64,000 bases of DNA from Xanthobacteraceae bacterium (GTDB lineage: Bacteria; Pseudomonadota; Alphaproteobacteria; Rhizobiales; Xanthobacteraceae). Positions 1 to 9,589 of the stretch are shown here, in pieces. The stretch covers positions 106,011-170,010 of the forward strand of contig DATBHG010000009.1 in NCBI GenBank assembly GCA_036557665.1, read 5' to 3'. Numbering within the stretch: the first letter of the stretch is position 1; the number at the start of each line of letters is the position of its first letter. The notes under the pieces are model-generated. The model did no database searches and was not told the origin of the DNA. It saw only the letters and a list, made by a program, of their open reading frames with translations. The translations under genes were made by a program, and so were the position numbers.

Positions 1-780
1 AGAGAGAGCCACCGAGATGATCGGCGATGAACCGGCTGCGATCTCGGCCTTGATCTCGCCCGCCGCCGAAACGAGATAAACCTTTCCATCGGCGCCGGCG
101 GTGATGATCTCGCCGTCCGGCGCGACGGCAAGCGTATTGAGCGGCGCAGACAAGGTTGTCGCGAGAGCCGAACCGCTGCGAGCCAGCGGCCAGATCCGAA
201 GCGTTGCGTCGTATCCGGCTGTGACCAGCGCCTTGCCATCGCGCGAGAACGCGACCGCATTGACCCCCTGGGTGTGACCTTCAAACACGCGCGGATCGCC
301 GGCCCGCGCCAGCGGCCAAACTCGAGCCGTGTGATCCCAGGATGCGGAGGCAAGGCTAGTGCCGTCCGGCGCGACGCTCAGCGCGGCAACCGGTGCCGTA
401 TGGCCGGCAAGCACGATGGAGGGCTCGCTCCTCCCGCGCTGCCAGAGCGCAATACGCGCATCCTCCCCGCTCGAGGCAATGCGATCGTCGCCGAGCAAAG
501 CGACGGCGTTCACCGCGCCCTCGTGGAAACGCAGGACCTGTTCCGCCGTGTTCTTGTTGAGCGACCAGCGGATTACCGAGGTATCGAAACTCCCCGAGAC
601 GGCTTCGGCGCCGTCGGGTGAAATCGCCAGGGCGCGAACAGCGCCCCCATGCCCGCGCAGCTGGCCCTGCGCTGTGCTGGGGCTAGCGCATAACGCGACC
701 ATCCCAAGGAGCATCGCGGCCATTATCGCGCACGCTCGCTCGGCGGCACTGCGCGCTGGTGCTCGAGCGCGAGGGTCCAT
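1..780 (-). CDS. WD40-repeat protein with N-terminal signal peptide; C-terminus runs off the window edge
   Basis: Not in the ORF track because no stop lies inside the window. My reverse-strand translation from ATG 780 (alt. ATG 723) gives 260 stop-free codons: MDPRARAP..AIMAAMLLGMVALCASPSTAQGQLRGHGGAVRALAISPDGAEAVSGSFDTSVIRWSL..FHEGAVNAVALLGDDRIASSGEDARIALW..GHTAPVAALSVAPDGTSLASASWDHTARVWPL..GHTQGVNAVAFSRDGKALVTAGYDATLRIWPL. That is at least four GH..WD-type repeats. The + strand ORFs 274..621 and 359..868 look like antisense artefacts. Confidence 0.7.
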   Translation of the reverse strand, partial: MDPRARAPARSAAERACAIMAAMLLGMVALCASPSTAQGQLRGHGGAVRALAISPDGAEAVSGSFDTSVIRWSLNKNTAEQVLRFHEGAVNAVALLGDDRIASSGEDARIALWQRGRSEPSIVLAGHTAPVAALSVAPDGTSLASASWDHTARVWPLARAGDPRVFEGHTQGVNAVAFSRDGKALVTAGYDATLRIWPLARSGSALATTLSAPLNTLAVAPDGEIITAGADGKVYLVSAAGEIKAEIAAGSSPIISVALS

Positions 781-864
781 GCCACAGAGCGGGGCGCGGG
801 AATTGCTTCGCTCGCCCGTACTTTGGTTCCACGTCAACATGCTCATGCTATGGTGTATGTCGGG

Positions 865-1089
865 ATGACCGAGAAGACCATCGATCTGCGCGGGCTGAAA
901 TGCCCGCTGCCGGCACTGCGAGCCCGCAAGGCTCTCAGCGGCCTGAAGCACGGTGACTTGTTGATCGCGGAATGCACCGATCCGCTCACTGTCATTGATA
1001 TCCCGAACCTGACGAGCCAAACCGGCGATACGCTCGAATCGACCTCGCGCGAGGGCGACCTCCTGGTGTTCCGGATCAGGAAGAAGTAA
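865..1089 (+). CDS. TusA/SirA-family sulfurtransferase-like small protein
   Basis: ORF 823..1089 trimmed to ATG 865 (MTEKTIDLRGLKCPLPALRARKAL...). It has the CPxP active-site motif and the ~74-aa size typical of the TusA family. Confidence 0.75.
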   Translation: MTEKTIDLRGLKCPLPALRARKALSGLKHGDLLIAECTDPLTVIDIPNLTSQTGDTLESTSREGDLLVFRIRKK

Positions 1090-1109
1090 CTCGGCCCCTG
1101 GAATGCAGT

Positions 1110-1697
1110 TCAATCGATTTGGTCGAGCCGGACGGAAAAGCCGGACAGGGTCGGCGTGGTGAGTACATCCCGCGGACCGCGTTCGACAATCGAGGACCAA
1201 CCCTTGTCCCCTTGGCCGGTATGCACCCAGGTAACGCGCTCGTTGGCGTCGATCACCCAGAGCTCATGGACGCGTTGGCGCGCGTAGAGCCGCGCCTTGA
1301 GACCCTTGTCGTACGCGATGCTCGAAGCAGCGACCTCGATGACAAGAAGAGCTTCTCCGGGATCGAGCTGGGCGAACCTTCCCGTGGACTTCTCGAACAG
1401 CTCTTTTGGGAAAACGGTAATATCGGGCTCGAGCATGATCGTGTTCGTCAGCCGCAGCGTCGTTTCAACTCCGACTGTCAGATGGTCCGGTAATGCGCGC
1501 ACCACGGCAACGTTCAGGGCGGCTTTGATCCGCTCGTGCGCGATGCCCTTGGACGCCATCATGACGATTTCCCCCTCGATCAGCTCGAACTTCTCGTCCT
1601 CGCCGAGAATCCCGGCGTCTATCATGCGGCCGACGTCCTCCACCGTGAATACCCGGCGGGGGAAACCTTCCGCAGCTGAAGTGACTGCAACGTTCAT
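1110..1697 (-). CDS. Uma2-family (DUF820) putative restriction-endonuclease-fold protein
   Basis: ORF 1110..1805 trimmed to ATG 1697 (MNVAVTSAAEGFPRRVFTVEDVGRMIDAGILGEDEKFELIEGEIV..LVIEVAASSIAYDKGLKARLYARQRVHELWVID). The ELIxGE .. EV.S.S .. K..Y pattern is typical of Uma2 proteins. Confidence 0.7.
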   Translation of the reverse strand: MNVAVTSAAEGFPRRVFTVEDVGRMIDAGILGEDEKFELIEGEIVMMASKGIAHERIKAALNVAVVRALPDHLTVGVETTLRLTNTIMLEPDITVFPKELFEKSTGRFAQLDPGEALLVIEVAASSIAYDKGLKARLYARQRVHELWVIDANERVTWVHTGQGDKGWSSIVERGPRDVLTTPTLSGFSVRLDQID

Positions 1698-1764
1698 GGG
1701 CGCGATCTCCGCCTGACGAGCGAAATATAGTATGTGGCCCTCTTCAGTGCGATGCGGGCTCGCG

Positions 1765-2751
1765 CTAGAACCTGAACTCGTTGCGGTTGCGGCCCTCGGA
1801 CACATTGAGGAAGAGATCGTCGAGTGGCAGGCGGCGCTTGATCAATCCCTGCTCGAAGGAATGGGAGACGAGCCGCTCGAAATTCTTGCTGTTGCGCTCG
1901 GTCAGTCCGTACTCCCAGGGGTCCTTGCCGAGAACCGTCTCCTGCTCCTCCCAGGCCCCGCGGTACCATGCGAGCGGTACGATCCGCGGATTGGCCATCC
2001 GCTGCATGGCTAGCGCTTTCGACTGTTCGAAAGCCTTGTACAGGTTGATCGGCGCCCAGGGATGTCGCTCCACGATCTCCTGCTTGATGCCGACCACATG
2101 CATGATCGGGAATATGCCGGTATTGCGATAGAACGCGACCTCCTCCCGCTTGTAGTCGGGGAAGAGCCGGCCGACGCGCTTGTCGCCCGAGGTCAACGGC
2201 CTGATCAGGTCGGGCGAGAACAGCGCATCGATTTCGCCTGTGGCCAGCATGTCCTCGAGCGATTTCCCGTCTGCGACCTGGGTGATGTCGAGGCCAGGGG
2301 GCGGGGTGAATTCGACGTCCTCGTCGAGCTCGCTGAGCCAGTGGATGGATTTGGGCGCCACCCCATAATCGTGCTCGAGAATGCCGCGCATCCACACACC
2401 CGCGGTGAACAGATAACCCTTGGTTCCGGCGGTCCGGCCGACGAGATCAACGGGTTTTTTGATTCCCTTCGAGGTGTTGATGAAGATGAAGCCGTGACGG
2501 AAGCGGCGGTGCGGAAAAACCGGGATCGCCCGAAATGGAAGATCGCGGTCGCGCGCCGCGATGTATCCCGAGCCCGACACCTCGGCGACGTCGAACTCGC
2601 GACCGCGCAAAAAACGCCAGTGGCGCGGCGAGGCGGCCATATCGGTCAGGACCGTGAGCTCGATGCCCTCCGGACGAACGGTGCCCTCCTTGAGGGCACG
2701 CATGATCTCGTAGTCGCCGCAGGCGAAACTGAGCTCGAGTTTGCGGGACAT
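1765..2751 (-). CDS. 4,5-dihydroxyphthalate decarboxylase-like protein (NMT1/THI5-like periplasmic-binding fold)
   Basis: The 328-aa ORF MSRKLELSFACGDYEIMRALKEGTVRPEGIELTV..FDVAEVSGSGYI..IPVFPHRRFRHGFIFIN..VWMRGILEHDYGV matches my memory of the PhtD-type family pattern. The function is not certain. Confidence 0.55.
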   Translation of the reverse strand: MSRKLELSFACGDYEIMRALKEGTVRPEGIELTVLTDMAASPRHWRFLRGREFDVAEVSGSGYIAARDRDLPFRAIPVFPHRRFRHGFIFINTSKGIKKPVDLVGRTAGTKGYLFTAGVWMRGILEHDYGVAPKSIHWLSELDEDVEFTPPPGLDITQVADGKSLEDMLATGEIDALFSPDLIRPLTSGDKRVGRLFPDYKREEVAFYRNTGIFPIMHVVGIKQEIVERHPWAPINLYKAFEQSKALAMQRMANPRIVPLAWYRGAWEEQETVLGKDPWEYGLTERNSKNFERLVSHSFEQGLIKRRLPLDDLFLNVSEGRNRNEFRF

Positions 2752-2991
2752 CAGCTCATTGTCTCCGTCACATCGTGAGCGCGATCTTGCCGAAGTGCTT
2801 TTCGGCGCGCACGGGCGCTCGCGCCTCTAGCTTGGTCGAGCGGGAATTGCGTGCCGCTCTGGTTCTGAATGAGTTGGGATGCGAGCGCAAGGGCAGCCGA
2901 CGTTGCGCGCCGTTGTCGCGGCTCGCAAGCCATGCCAATGAGAAGGCCTTCGTACTCTGGTTTCACAGCGCGGAACAATGGAGCAGGAGAG

Positions 2992-3506
2992 ATGCCGGCA
3001 GCACGCAGCCTCGAGGAGCGCATTGGGGCGATCGAGGATCGGCTCGAGATCTACAACTTGATCGCGAGCCACCCACCGAGCGCCGATACCGGCGGCAGCG
3101 AGCATGTTGCCGCGAGCTGGGTGGAGGATGGCGTGTTCGACCGCGGCGAAAACCTTTCGAGCCCGCGCGGGCGAGCCGGCATCTCCGAGCAGGTACGAAC
3201 CCGGGAGCATCAGGCTGCCATCGCCGGCGGACTTGCCCATTTCACCGGCCTGCCGCACGTCGCGATCTCCGGCGATACCGCGGTGGTCACGTCATATCTG
3301 CAGATCGTGGTCCCGCAGACGCAAGGCGATCCCGTGACCGTGCCCAACACGGCAGCTCCAACGGCTTCCGTATTCACCGGATGACCGCAAATCGCTGGGA
3401 CCTCGTACGGACGCCGGAAGGCTGGAGGATCAAGCACCGTACGCTGCGCCAGCTCGACGGATCGGAGCCGGCGCGGGCGATCCTGCGCCAGGCGATCGCC
3501 CGGTAG
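2992..3506 (+). pseudogene. SnoaL-like / NTF2-family protein gene interrupted by a single frameshift (or assembly error)
   Basis: ATG 2992 follows ggagcaggagag. Frame 1 gives MPAARSLEERIGAIEDRLEIYNLIASHPPSAD..HFTGLPHVAISGDTAVVTSYLQIVVPQTQGDPVTVPN, then junk and a stop at 3382-3384. The family-typical C-terminus HGSSNGFRIHRMTANRWDLVRTPEGWRIKHRTLRQLDGSE continues in frame 3 from ~3345 to stop 3504-3506. Confidence 0.5.
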
Positions 3507-4697
3507 TCATACCGCGGGCTTGAGGACATCCTCGATCCAGTCCCACATCGCGTGCACGCCGATGGTGACATTGTCGACCTGACAATGGTGAAAACCGCCC
3601 TCCTCGCGCGTGAACAGACGGAATGTTTTCTCGGTCGAGCCGACAGCCTCAAAACATTTCTGCGCAATCGCGAGCGGTATCTGCTCGTCGCCGTGACCGT
3701 GCAGGAGCAGGAAGGGACAGCGCATCTTCTGCACGATGCCGTCGAGCCGGAAGCCTTCGAGCTTCTTGAGCGCGGCGGCCTGGCTCGACACTCCGAGCAC
3801 CCATTGCAGGTGCTCCGGCGGCACCGAGAGCGAGAGCACCTTGCCGCTTGCAAGCTCATCGAGCCGTTTGGCCCAGACCGCGTGATAATCCCACTGCGCG
3901 CCCCAGGCGACACAGCAGGCATAGCGCGGCTCGAGCGCGGCGGCCCGCGGCGCATAGTAGCCGCCTAGGCTCAGCGCCATGACGCCTATGCGCTTTGCGT
4001 CGAACTCGCGGCGCGAGGCGATATACTCGTAGACCGGAGTGGCATAGCGCTCGGTCTCGGCAATGAGCGGCAGGTTGCGAAAGCGCACGCTTTCGCCGTT
4101 GCCGGGTCCGTCGACGATGAGGCAGCCGATGCCGCGCGCCGCCAGATCGGGGATGCCATACCCGTACTGCAGCTCCTTCGTCACATCGAAGCCGTCGAAG
4201 AATACCATGCAGGGCGCCGGTCGTCCGGCACGGTCGGGTCGATCGGGATGCACCAGCAGCGCAGGCAGGCTCGTATGCTCGTAGGGCACCTCGACCGGCT
4301 CGATGCGCGGGCGGCCAATGACGGCCGCAGCGTCCTTGAAAATTTTGACCGATTTTGCGTAGACGTCCTGGCTCTGCTGCGAGCGAGGATGAATGAAACG
4401 CTCGCCGGTCTGATAATAACGCGACGCCCGCAGAAAGCAGGAAGCTGCCGTCCGCCGGTGGCCGCGCCCCTCCTCCTCGCGCCCACGCGCCTCGATTTTG
4501 TCGCCCATGCGGAGCCATTCCGCGAACCAAGCCCTGTCGTCCCCGATATGGTCTTCGAGGGCGCGCCCCACGCGATGCACCTCGTCGATCTCGATGCCGG
4601 CCCACGGCGCCGCGCCCAGGCAAATGAGCAGCCCCATGGACCAGCGATAGTTCGAGGGAAAGTAGAGGAAGGCAGGGTCGTCTCTGCGGCCTATCAT
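3507..4697 (-). CDS. alpha/beta-fold hydrolase
   Basis: The 396-aa ORF has the nucleophile elbow GVMALSLGGYYA and a C-terminal LLLHGHGDEQIP..HH region typical of the alpha/beta hydrolase fold. Confidence 0.7.
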   Translation of the reverse strand: MIGRRDDPAFLYFPSNYRWSMGLLICLGAAPWAGIEIDEVHRVGRALEDHIGDDRAWFAEWLRMGDKIEARGREEEGRGHRRTAASCFLRASRYYQTGERFIHPRSQQSQDVYAKSVKIFKDAAAVIGRPRIEPVEVPYEHTSLPALLVHPDRPDRAGRPAPCMVFFDGFDVTKELQYGYGIPDLAARGIGCLIVDGPGNGESVRFRNLPLIAETERYATPVYEYIASRREFDAKRIGVMALSLGGYYAPRAAALEPRYACCVAWGAQWDYHAVWAKRLDELASGKVLSLSVPPEHLQWVLGVSSQAAALKKLEGFRLDGIVQKMRCPFLLLHGHGDEQIPLAIAQKCFEAVGSTEKTFRLFTREEGGFHHCQVDNVTIGVHAMWDWIEDVLKPAV

Positions 4698-4805
4698 GCT
4701 GGCACCGACTTGTTATCGGAATTGTTGGACAGAAAGTTCGGAACAACCTGTGTCGTTTGTGATCAGCACCACGGGTAATGCGGCCTGGCCCCTCACAGGT
4801 GCAGG

Positions 4806-5348
4806 TCACCATGCGCCAATCGGCTTCGCGGTCTCGCTGTCGCTCTTGCCCAACGTCTTCCATACCCCCTTGGCGGTTGCAACGACCCGATCCTCGACCA
4901 TGAGCTCGGCGCTCATGAAGACGAGCGAGCGCGTGCGCCGGACGACCCTGCACTTGGCTTCGACAAACTCGCCGATCTGAACCGCATCTATGAAATGCAC
5001 GTCCAGCTGGACGGTCGCTTGCGGTTGGCGCTCGTTGGCGTACCAACAGGTCATTCCCATGGAGCGATCGGCAAACGTCATCAGCATGCCGCCTTGCACG
5101 ACACGGCGGCGGTTATGGTGCTTGGACTCCGCCACGAAGGCGTAGAGATAGCTGTCGCCGGACGGCCGTCTCCAGAAAGGGCCGACCAGGCCGATGAAGC
5201 CCTCGTCCTGATAAGGCTCCCAGCCGGCAGCTACGGGATCGAAGGCAACGGCTCTATCTGCAACCGCAGGCAAGCTGGCTCGCTGCTCAGTCTTCGGCAT
5301 GAGAGTAGATCGTAACCGCTCCTGTTCGATTGCTTCGTCCTCGCGCAT
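4806..5348 (-). CDS. PaaI-family (hotdog-fold) thioesterase
   Basis: FIGLVGPFW..HHNRRRVVQGGMLMTFADRSMG..DVHFIDAVQIGEFVEAKCRVVRRTRSLVFMSAELMVEDRVVATAKGVWK is a hotdog/PaaI pattern. The start is ambiguous (5348 or ATG 5300). Confidence 0.65.
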   Translation of the reverse strand: MREDEAIEQERLRSTLMPKTEQRASLPAVADRAVAFDPVAAGWEPYQDEGFIGLVGPFWRRPSGDSYLYAFVAESKHHNRRRVVQGGMLMTFADRSMGMTCWYANERQPQATVQLDVHFIDAVQIGEFVEAKCRVVRRTRSLVFMSAELMVEDRVVATAKGVWKTLGKSDSETAKPIGAW

Positions 5349-5434
5349 CAGGAGTGTCGGCGGACGCTCGACTGCGCGTCAAGGCTTTTGCCGGGTGGGC
5401 GATCGGGCAAGCGAGCTGGGCGGAACAGCCGCGC

Positions 5435-5971
5435 TCAAGGCTCCTTCGCATCGATCAACACGAAGGCGATACGGCATGGCTCGGTGCCGCGGTTGACCCA
5501 GGCGTGATTGGTGCCTTGCTGAACCAATACATCGCCGGCCTTGAGATGGATCTCGGAATCGTCGAGCAGCATGTCGATCTCGCCGGCCATGACGATGGCA
5601 TAATCCACGGTGCGGGTGCGGTGCATGGCGGGATGCCGCGGGGGACGTCCCCGTTTGGGCGCCCCCTCGCCCAGGCTTGCATGCATGCTCGCCGGATCGA
5701 GGTTGCGCATCTCCGGCGTCTCGGGCGGAAACTCCACGATGCGAAACGCGCTCCCGCCGGCGGGCGGCATAATGCCGATGTCGACCGCCGCACGGTCCGC
5801 GCTGCCGGAGAGATCCGCGGGTGTCTGATCCGTCACCCAGAGGAGTCGCGATACGGTTTGCGCGACTGGACGCACCTTCTTGTGCGGCGTGGGTCCATCC
5901 AAGAGCACCATCGCCTTGTCGCTCTTGTCGACCGTGGTGACGACGCGACGAACATTTTCGCTCAAAGCCAT
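5435..5971 (-). CDS. cupin-domain protein
   Basis: ORF 5435..6025 trimmed to ATG 5971 (GGAG upstream; MALSENVRRVVTT..). The C-terminal HRTRTVDYAIVMAGEIDMLLDDSEIHLKAGDVLVQQGTNHAWVNRG is a cupin beta-barrel motif. The start lies only 13 nt after the sdhB stop. Confidence 0.7.
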   Translation of the reverse strand: MALSENVRRVVTTVDKSDKAMVLLDGPTPHKKVRPVAQTVSRLLWVTDQTPADLSGSADRAAVDIGIMPPAGGSAFRIVEFPPETPEMRNLDPASMHASLGEGAPKRGRPPRHPAMHRTRTVDYAIVMAGEIDMLLDDSEIHLKAGDVLVQQGTNHAWVNRGTEPCRIAFVLIDAKEP

Positions 5972-5984
5972 CGTGAGCTCCCGA

Positions 5985-6764
5985 TCACATCCGTCGTTCA
6001 ACCATCGTGCGCCTGATGCCGGCAATGGCCTTAGCGGGGTTGAGGTGCTTGGGGCAGGCTTTGGCGCAGTTCATGATGGTATGACAGCGGTAGAGCCGGA
6101 ACGGATCCTCGAGGTTGTCCAGGCGCTCGCCGGCGGCCTCGTCCCGGCTGTCCTCGAGCCAGCGGCTGGCCTGGAGGAGCGCAGCAGGGCCGAGAAAACG
6201 GTCGCTGTTCCACCAATAGCTGGGGCAGGCGGTGGAGCAGCACGCGCACAGGATGCACTCGTAGAGGCCGTCCAGCTTCTGTCTATCCTCGTGACTCTGT
6301 TTCCACTCCTGCGGAGGGGTAGGCGACACGGTCCTCAGCCACGGCTCGATGGAAGCGTGCTGGGCGTAGAAATTGCTCAGATCCGGGACGAGGTCCTTGA
6401 CCACGGGCTGATGCGGCAGCGGATAGATCCTCACCTCGCCTTTGATCTCCGACATCGCTTTGGTGCAGGCAAGCGTATTGGTGCCGTCGATGTTCATCGC
6501 GCAGGACCCACACACGCCTTCGCGGCAAGAGCGGCGAAAGGTCAGCGTCGGATCGATGTTGTTCTTGATCCAGATGAGAGCGTCCAGGATCATCGGTCCG
6601 CAATCGCCGGTATCGACGTAGTACGTATCCATGCGCGGGTTCCTCCCGTCGTCGGGATTCCAGCGATAGATGCGATATTCGCGCGCCTCGTGCGCGCCGG
6701 CCGGATAGGCCCATGTCTTGCCCTCGGTGACCCGGGAGCTCTTCGGCAGCGTGAATTGCACCAT
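5985..6764 (-). CDS. sdhB: succinate dehydrogenase iron-sulfur subunit
   Basis: The 259-aa ORF contains [32 protein letters not shown] and [13 protein letters not shown], the three Fe-S cluster motifs of SdhB. Confidence 0.95.
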   Translation of the reverse strand: MVQFTLPKSSRVTEGKTWAYPAGAHEAREYRIYRWNPDDGRNPRMDTYYVDTGDCGPMILDALIWIKNNIDPTLTFRRSCREGVCGSCAMNIDGTNTLACTKAMSEIKGEVRIYPLPHQPVVKDLVPDLSNFYAQHASIEPWLRTVSPTPPQEWKQSHEDRQKLDGLYECILCACCSTACPSYWWNSDRFLGPAALLQASRWLEDSRDEAAGERLDNLEDPFRLYRCHTIMNCAKACPKHLNPAKAIAGIRRTMVERRM

Positions 6765-6765
6765 G

Positions 6766-8598
6766 TCAGTACACCCTGGCCTTCGGCTCGATGTAGGCGA
6801 CTTCGTTGGTGAGGGTGTAGGCGTGCACCGGCCGATAGTCGATGCTCACCTTGCCGCGGCTGTCGATCCAGGCCAGCGTGTGTTTCATCCAGCTCTTGTC
6901 GTCGCGCTCGGGGAAGTCCTCCCGGGCATGGGCGCCGCGGCTCTCAGTGCGGTTCACGGCGGAGTCCATGGTGACCATCGCCTGCACGATGAGGTTGTCG
7001 AACTCGAGCGTCTCGACGAGGTCCGAGTTCCAGATCAGCGAGCGGTCCGTCACCTTGATGTCCTCGGCAGCAGCAAAGACGTCCCCGATCAGCTTGTGCC
7101 CTTCCTCGAGCACGGTACCGGTGCGGAACACGGCGCAATTACTCTGCATCACCTTCTGCATTCCCAGCCGCAACTGAGCGGTCGGCGTTTTGCCCGACGC
7201 ATGCCGGAACTTGTCCAGGCGCGAGAGCGCGAGATCGGCGGAATTGCTCGGGAGGTCAGGTTGGCTTGCTCCAGGCTCGAGCATCTCGGCGCAACGCCCG
7301 GCAGCCGCACGCCCGAATACCACGAGGTCGATCAGTGAATTCGATCCGAGCCGGTTAGCCCCATGCACCGAGACGCAGGCGGCCTCACCGAGCGACATCA
7401 GGCCGGGCACGATGAAGTCGTCGGTTCCGTTCTTCTTGGTGAGTGCCTCCCCGTGATAGTTCGTTGGAATGCCGCCCATGTTGTAATGCACGGTGGGAAC
7501 GATGGGGATTGGCTCCCTGGCGATATCGACTCCGGCGAAAATACGCGCCAGCTCCGCGATCCCCGGCAGGCGCTCGTGCAACATGGCGGGATCGAGATGA
7601 TCGAGGTGCAGGTAGATGTGATCCTTGAGCTTGCCCACCCCGCGCCCCTCGCGGATCTCGATGGTCATGGCGCGGGAGACCACGTCGCGGGAGGCGAGGT
7701 CCTTGGCTGAAGGAGCGTAACGCTCCATGAAACGCTCGCCTTCCGAATTGACGAGATAGGCACCCTCGCCCCGCGCGCCCTCGGTGATCAGGCAGCCTGC
7801 GCCATAAATTCCGGTCGGGTGAAACTGGACAAATTCCATGTCCTGCAGCGGCAGTCCGGCGCGCAGCACCATGCCGTTGCCGTCGCCCGTGCAAGTGTGC
7901 GCCGAGGTACAGGAGAAATACGCGCGCCCATAGCCGCCGGTCGCAAGGATGGTCATGTGCGCGCTGAAACGATGGATCGACCCGTCGTCGAGCTTGACGG
8001 CAATGACGCCGCGACAGCGCCCTTCGTCATCCATGATCAGGTCGATGGCGAAGAACTCGATGAAGAACTCCGCGGAATGCCGCAGCGCCTGCCCATACAT
8101 GGTGTGAAGCATGGCATGGCCGGTACGATCGGCGGCAGCACAGGTGCGCTGCGCGATTCCCTTACCGTAGTGCGTAGTCATCCCGCCGAACGGGCGCTGG
8201 TAGATCTTGCCGTCCTCCCGGCGCGAGAACGGCAGCCCCCAATGCTCCAGCTCGTACACCGCCTCGGGCGCGTTACGGCAGAGATATTCGATGGCATCCT
8301 GGTCGCCGAGCCAGTCGGAGCCCTTGACCGTATCGTACATGTGCCAGCGCCAGTCGTCCTCGCCCATGTTGCCGAGCGCCGCGGCAATGCCGCCCTGCGC
8401 CGATACGGTGTGAGAGCGCGTCGGAAACACCTTTGTGATGCAGGCAGTCCGGAGCCCCGCCTCGCTGCAGCCCACGACCGCACGCAGGCCGGAGCCGCCC
8501 GCGCCGACCACCACGACGTCATAGCGGTGATCCTCGATGGGGTAGGCACGCCCGTTGATCCGTGGCGCCTTGACCTCGGATGAGCCGTTTTTTGCCAC
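6766..8598 (-). CDS. sdhA: succinate dehydrogenase flavoprotein subunit
   Basis: The 610-aa ORF has the FAD-binding site [15 protein letters not shown], the [13 protein letters not shown] covalent-FAD histidine region, and [18 protein letters not shown]. Confidence 0.97.
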   Translation of the reverse strand: MAKNGSSEVKAPRINGRAYPIEDHRYDVVVVGAGGSGLRAVVGCSEAGLRTACITKVFPTRSHTVSAQGGIAAALGNMGEDDWRWHMYDTVKGSDWLGDQDAIEYLCRNAPEAVYELEHWGLPFSRREDGKIYQRPFGGMTTHYGKGIAQRTCAAADRTGHAMLHTMYGQALRHSAEFFIEFFAIDLIMDDEGRCRGVIAVKLDDGSIHRFSAHMTILATGGYGRAYFSCTSAHTCTGDGNGMVLRAGLPLQDMEFVQFHPTGIYGAGCLITEGARGEGAYLVNSEGERFMERYAPSAKDLASRDVVSRAMTIEIREGRGVGKLKDHIYLHLDHLDPAMLHERLPGIAELARIFAGVDIAREPIPIVPTVHYNMGGIPTNYHGEALTKKNGTDDFIVPGLMSLGEAACVSVHGANRLGSNSLIDLVVFGRAAAGRCAEMLEPGASQPDLPSNSADLALSRLDKFRHASGKTPTAQLRLGMQKVMQSNCAVFRTGTVLEEGHKLIGDVFAAAEDIKVTDRSLIWNSDLVETLEFDNLIVQAMVTMDSAVNRTESRGAHAREDFPERDDKSWMKHTLAWIDSRGKVSIDYRPVHAYTLTNEVAYIEPKARVY

Positions 8599-8602
8599 TG
8601 CA

Positions 8603-8992
8603 CTAGACCTTGAAGCTGAGCATGAGCAGAGCGAACACCGAGACGAGCGCCACGGCTACGGCGAAGAACGTGTTGGCCATCAGCAGCACGAGCTTGCTCC
8701 GCTGATCATGCACGTAATCCTCGACGATGACCTGCATGCCGATACGCATGTGCACGGTTACCGAGACAATGCACAGCAGCAGGATGACCGCGATGAGGGG
8801 CGTGCCCAGAATCTGCACAACGGCGGCGTGATTGCGCCGAAGCAACGCGATCAGGATGAGCACGAAGGCGATCATCAGCGGCACATTGGCCACCGCGGTG
8901 AGACGCTGGAGCCAGAAATGCTCGGTGCCGGAATGTGCCGGTCCCAGCCCGCGCACGCGCCCAAGCGGCGTGCTCATTCTGCCGACGGCCAT
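8603..8992 (-). CDS. sdhD: succinate dehydrogenase membrane anchor subunit
   Basis: ORF 8603..9433 trimmed to ATG 8992 (129 aa; [39 protein letters not shown].., three TM segments). Its ATG shares one base with the sdhC TGA (CTGATG). Confidence 0.85.
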   Translation of the reverse strand: MAVGRMSTPLGRVRGLGPAHSGTEHFWLQRLTAVANVPLMIAFVLILIALLRRNHAAVVQILGTPLIAVILLLCIVSVTVHMRIGMQVIVEDYVHDQRSKLVLLMANTFFAVAVALVSVFALLMLSFKV

Positions 8993-9402
8993 CAGCGCGA
9001 GCCTCCCACGAACAGATATCCCACGACCCAGATGACAATCGTCAGGCTGATCGATCCGACGAGCGTTGCGATCGCGAGCCATTCGCGCTCGTACGCCCCG
9101 AACCCGCGTCCGGTGTCCCAGATCAGATGACGAATTCCCCCGAGCATGTGGTGCAGCAGCGCCCAGGTATATCCGAACAGGATCAAACGACCGACCAGCG
9201 AATTGATGAATGACCCCATGGCTGCGTAGGCGTTCGGGCCGCTTGCCGCCGCAAGCAGCCACCAGGCGATCAACACCGTTCCAAAATAGAGCGCGGCGCC
9301 GGTGATGCGATGGGCGATCGACATCAACATCGTCAGCATCGGCTTGTAGATGAAAAGGTGCGGCGAGAGCGGGCGCTCGACCGGTGCCTTGACGTCTGTC
9401 AT
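8992..9402 (-). CDS. sdhC: succinate dehydrogenase cytochrome b556 subunit
   Basis: ORF 8992..9498 trimmed to ATG 9402 (MTDVKAPVERPLSPHLFIYKPMLTMLMSIAHRITGAALY..), which carries the SdhC signature PLSPHL..Y....T...SI.HR.TG. Confidence 0.85.
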   Translation of the reverse strand: MTDVKAPVERPLSPHLFIYKPMLTMLMSIAHRITGAALYFGTVLIAWWLLAAASGPNAYAAMGSFINSLVGRLILFGYTWALLHHMLGGIRHLIWDTGRGFGAYEREWLAIATLVGSISLTIVIWVVGYLFVGGSR

Positions 9403-9589
9403 CGCCGCTTCCCCGTTCCCGAAAGCCCGGCAAACCCTAAGCAGATCGGCGCTGTAACGCGAATCCTGACCGGGCGGACCGCCTCTCTCGCGCCGCACTG
9501 CTTTCGCCCATGACGAATATGGCCTGCGTTCAGGTGGCCGACAATAGGGAATTGGCGTAACATCCCTTCGCTAAAAACGAAAGAAGGTC

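Noticed and set aside
2775-3506. 243-aa + strand ORF taken as one intact gene
   Set aside because: Only its last ~50 residues look like a real protein (SnoaL C-terminus). The first ~190 are Arg-rich nonsense, whereas frame 1 from 2992 encodes the matching N-terminal domain. I interpret this as a frameshift instead.
3856-5046. 396-aa minus-strand ORF overlapping the alpha/beta hydrolase and thioesterase genes
   Set aside because: It is off-frame relative to two ORFs with real family motifs. It has extreme Arg/Gly/Ala content.
8993-9433. N-terminal extensions in the ORF track: sdhD to 9433, sdhC to 9498, ybbA-like to 24247, hpnN-like from 50146, BI-1 to 20413, tam to 11437, cyclase to 58940, DUF35-SDR to 60292
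   Set aside because: The extended parts overlap upstream genes, are Arg/Pro-rich, and precede internal starts that give family-typical N-termini, often with SD sequences or ATGA/GTGA coupling.
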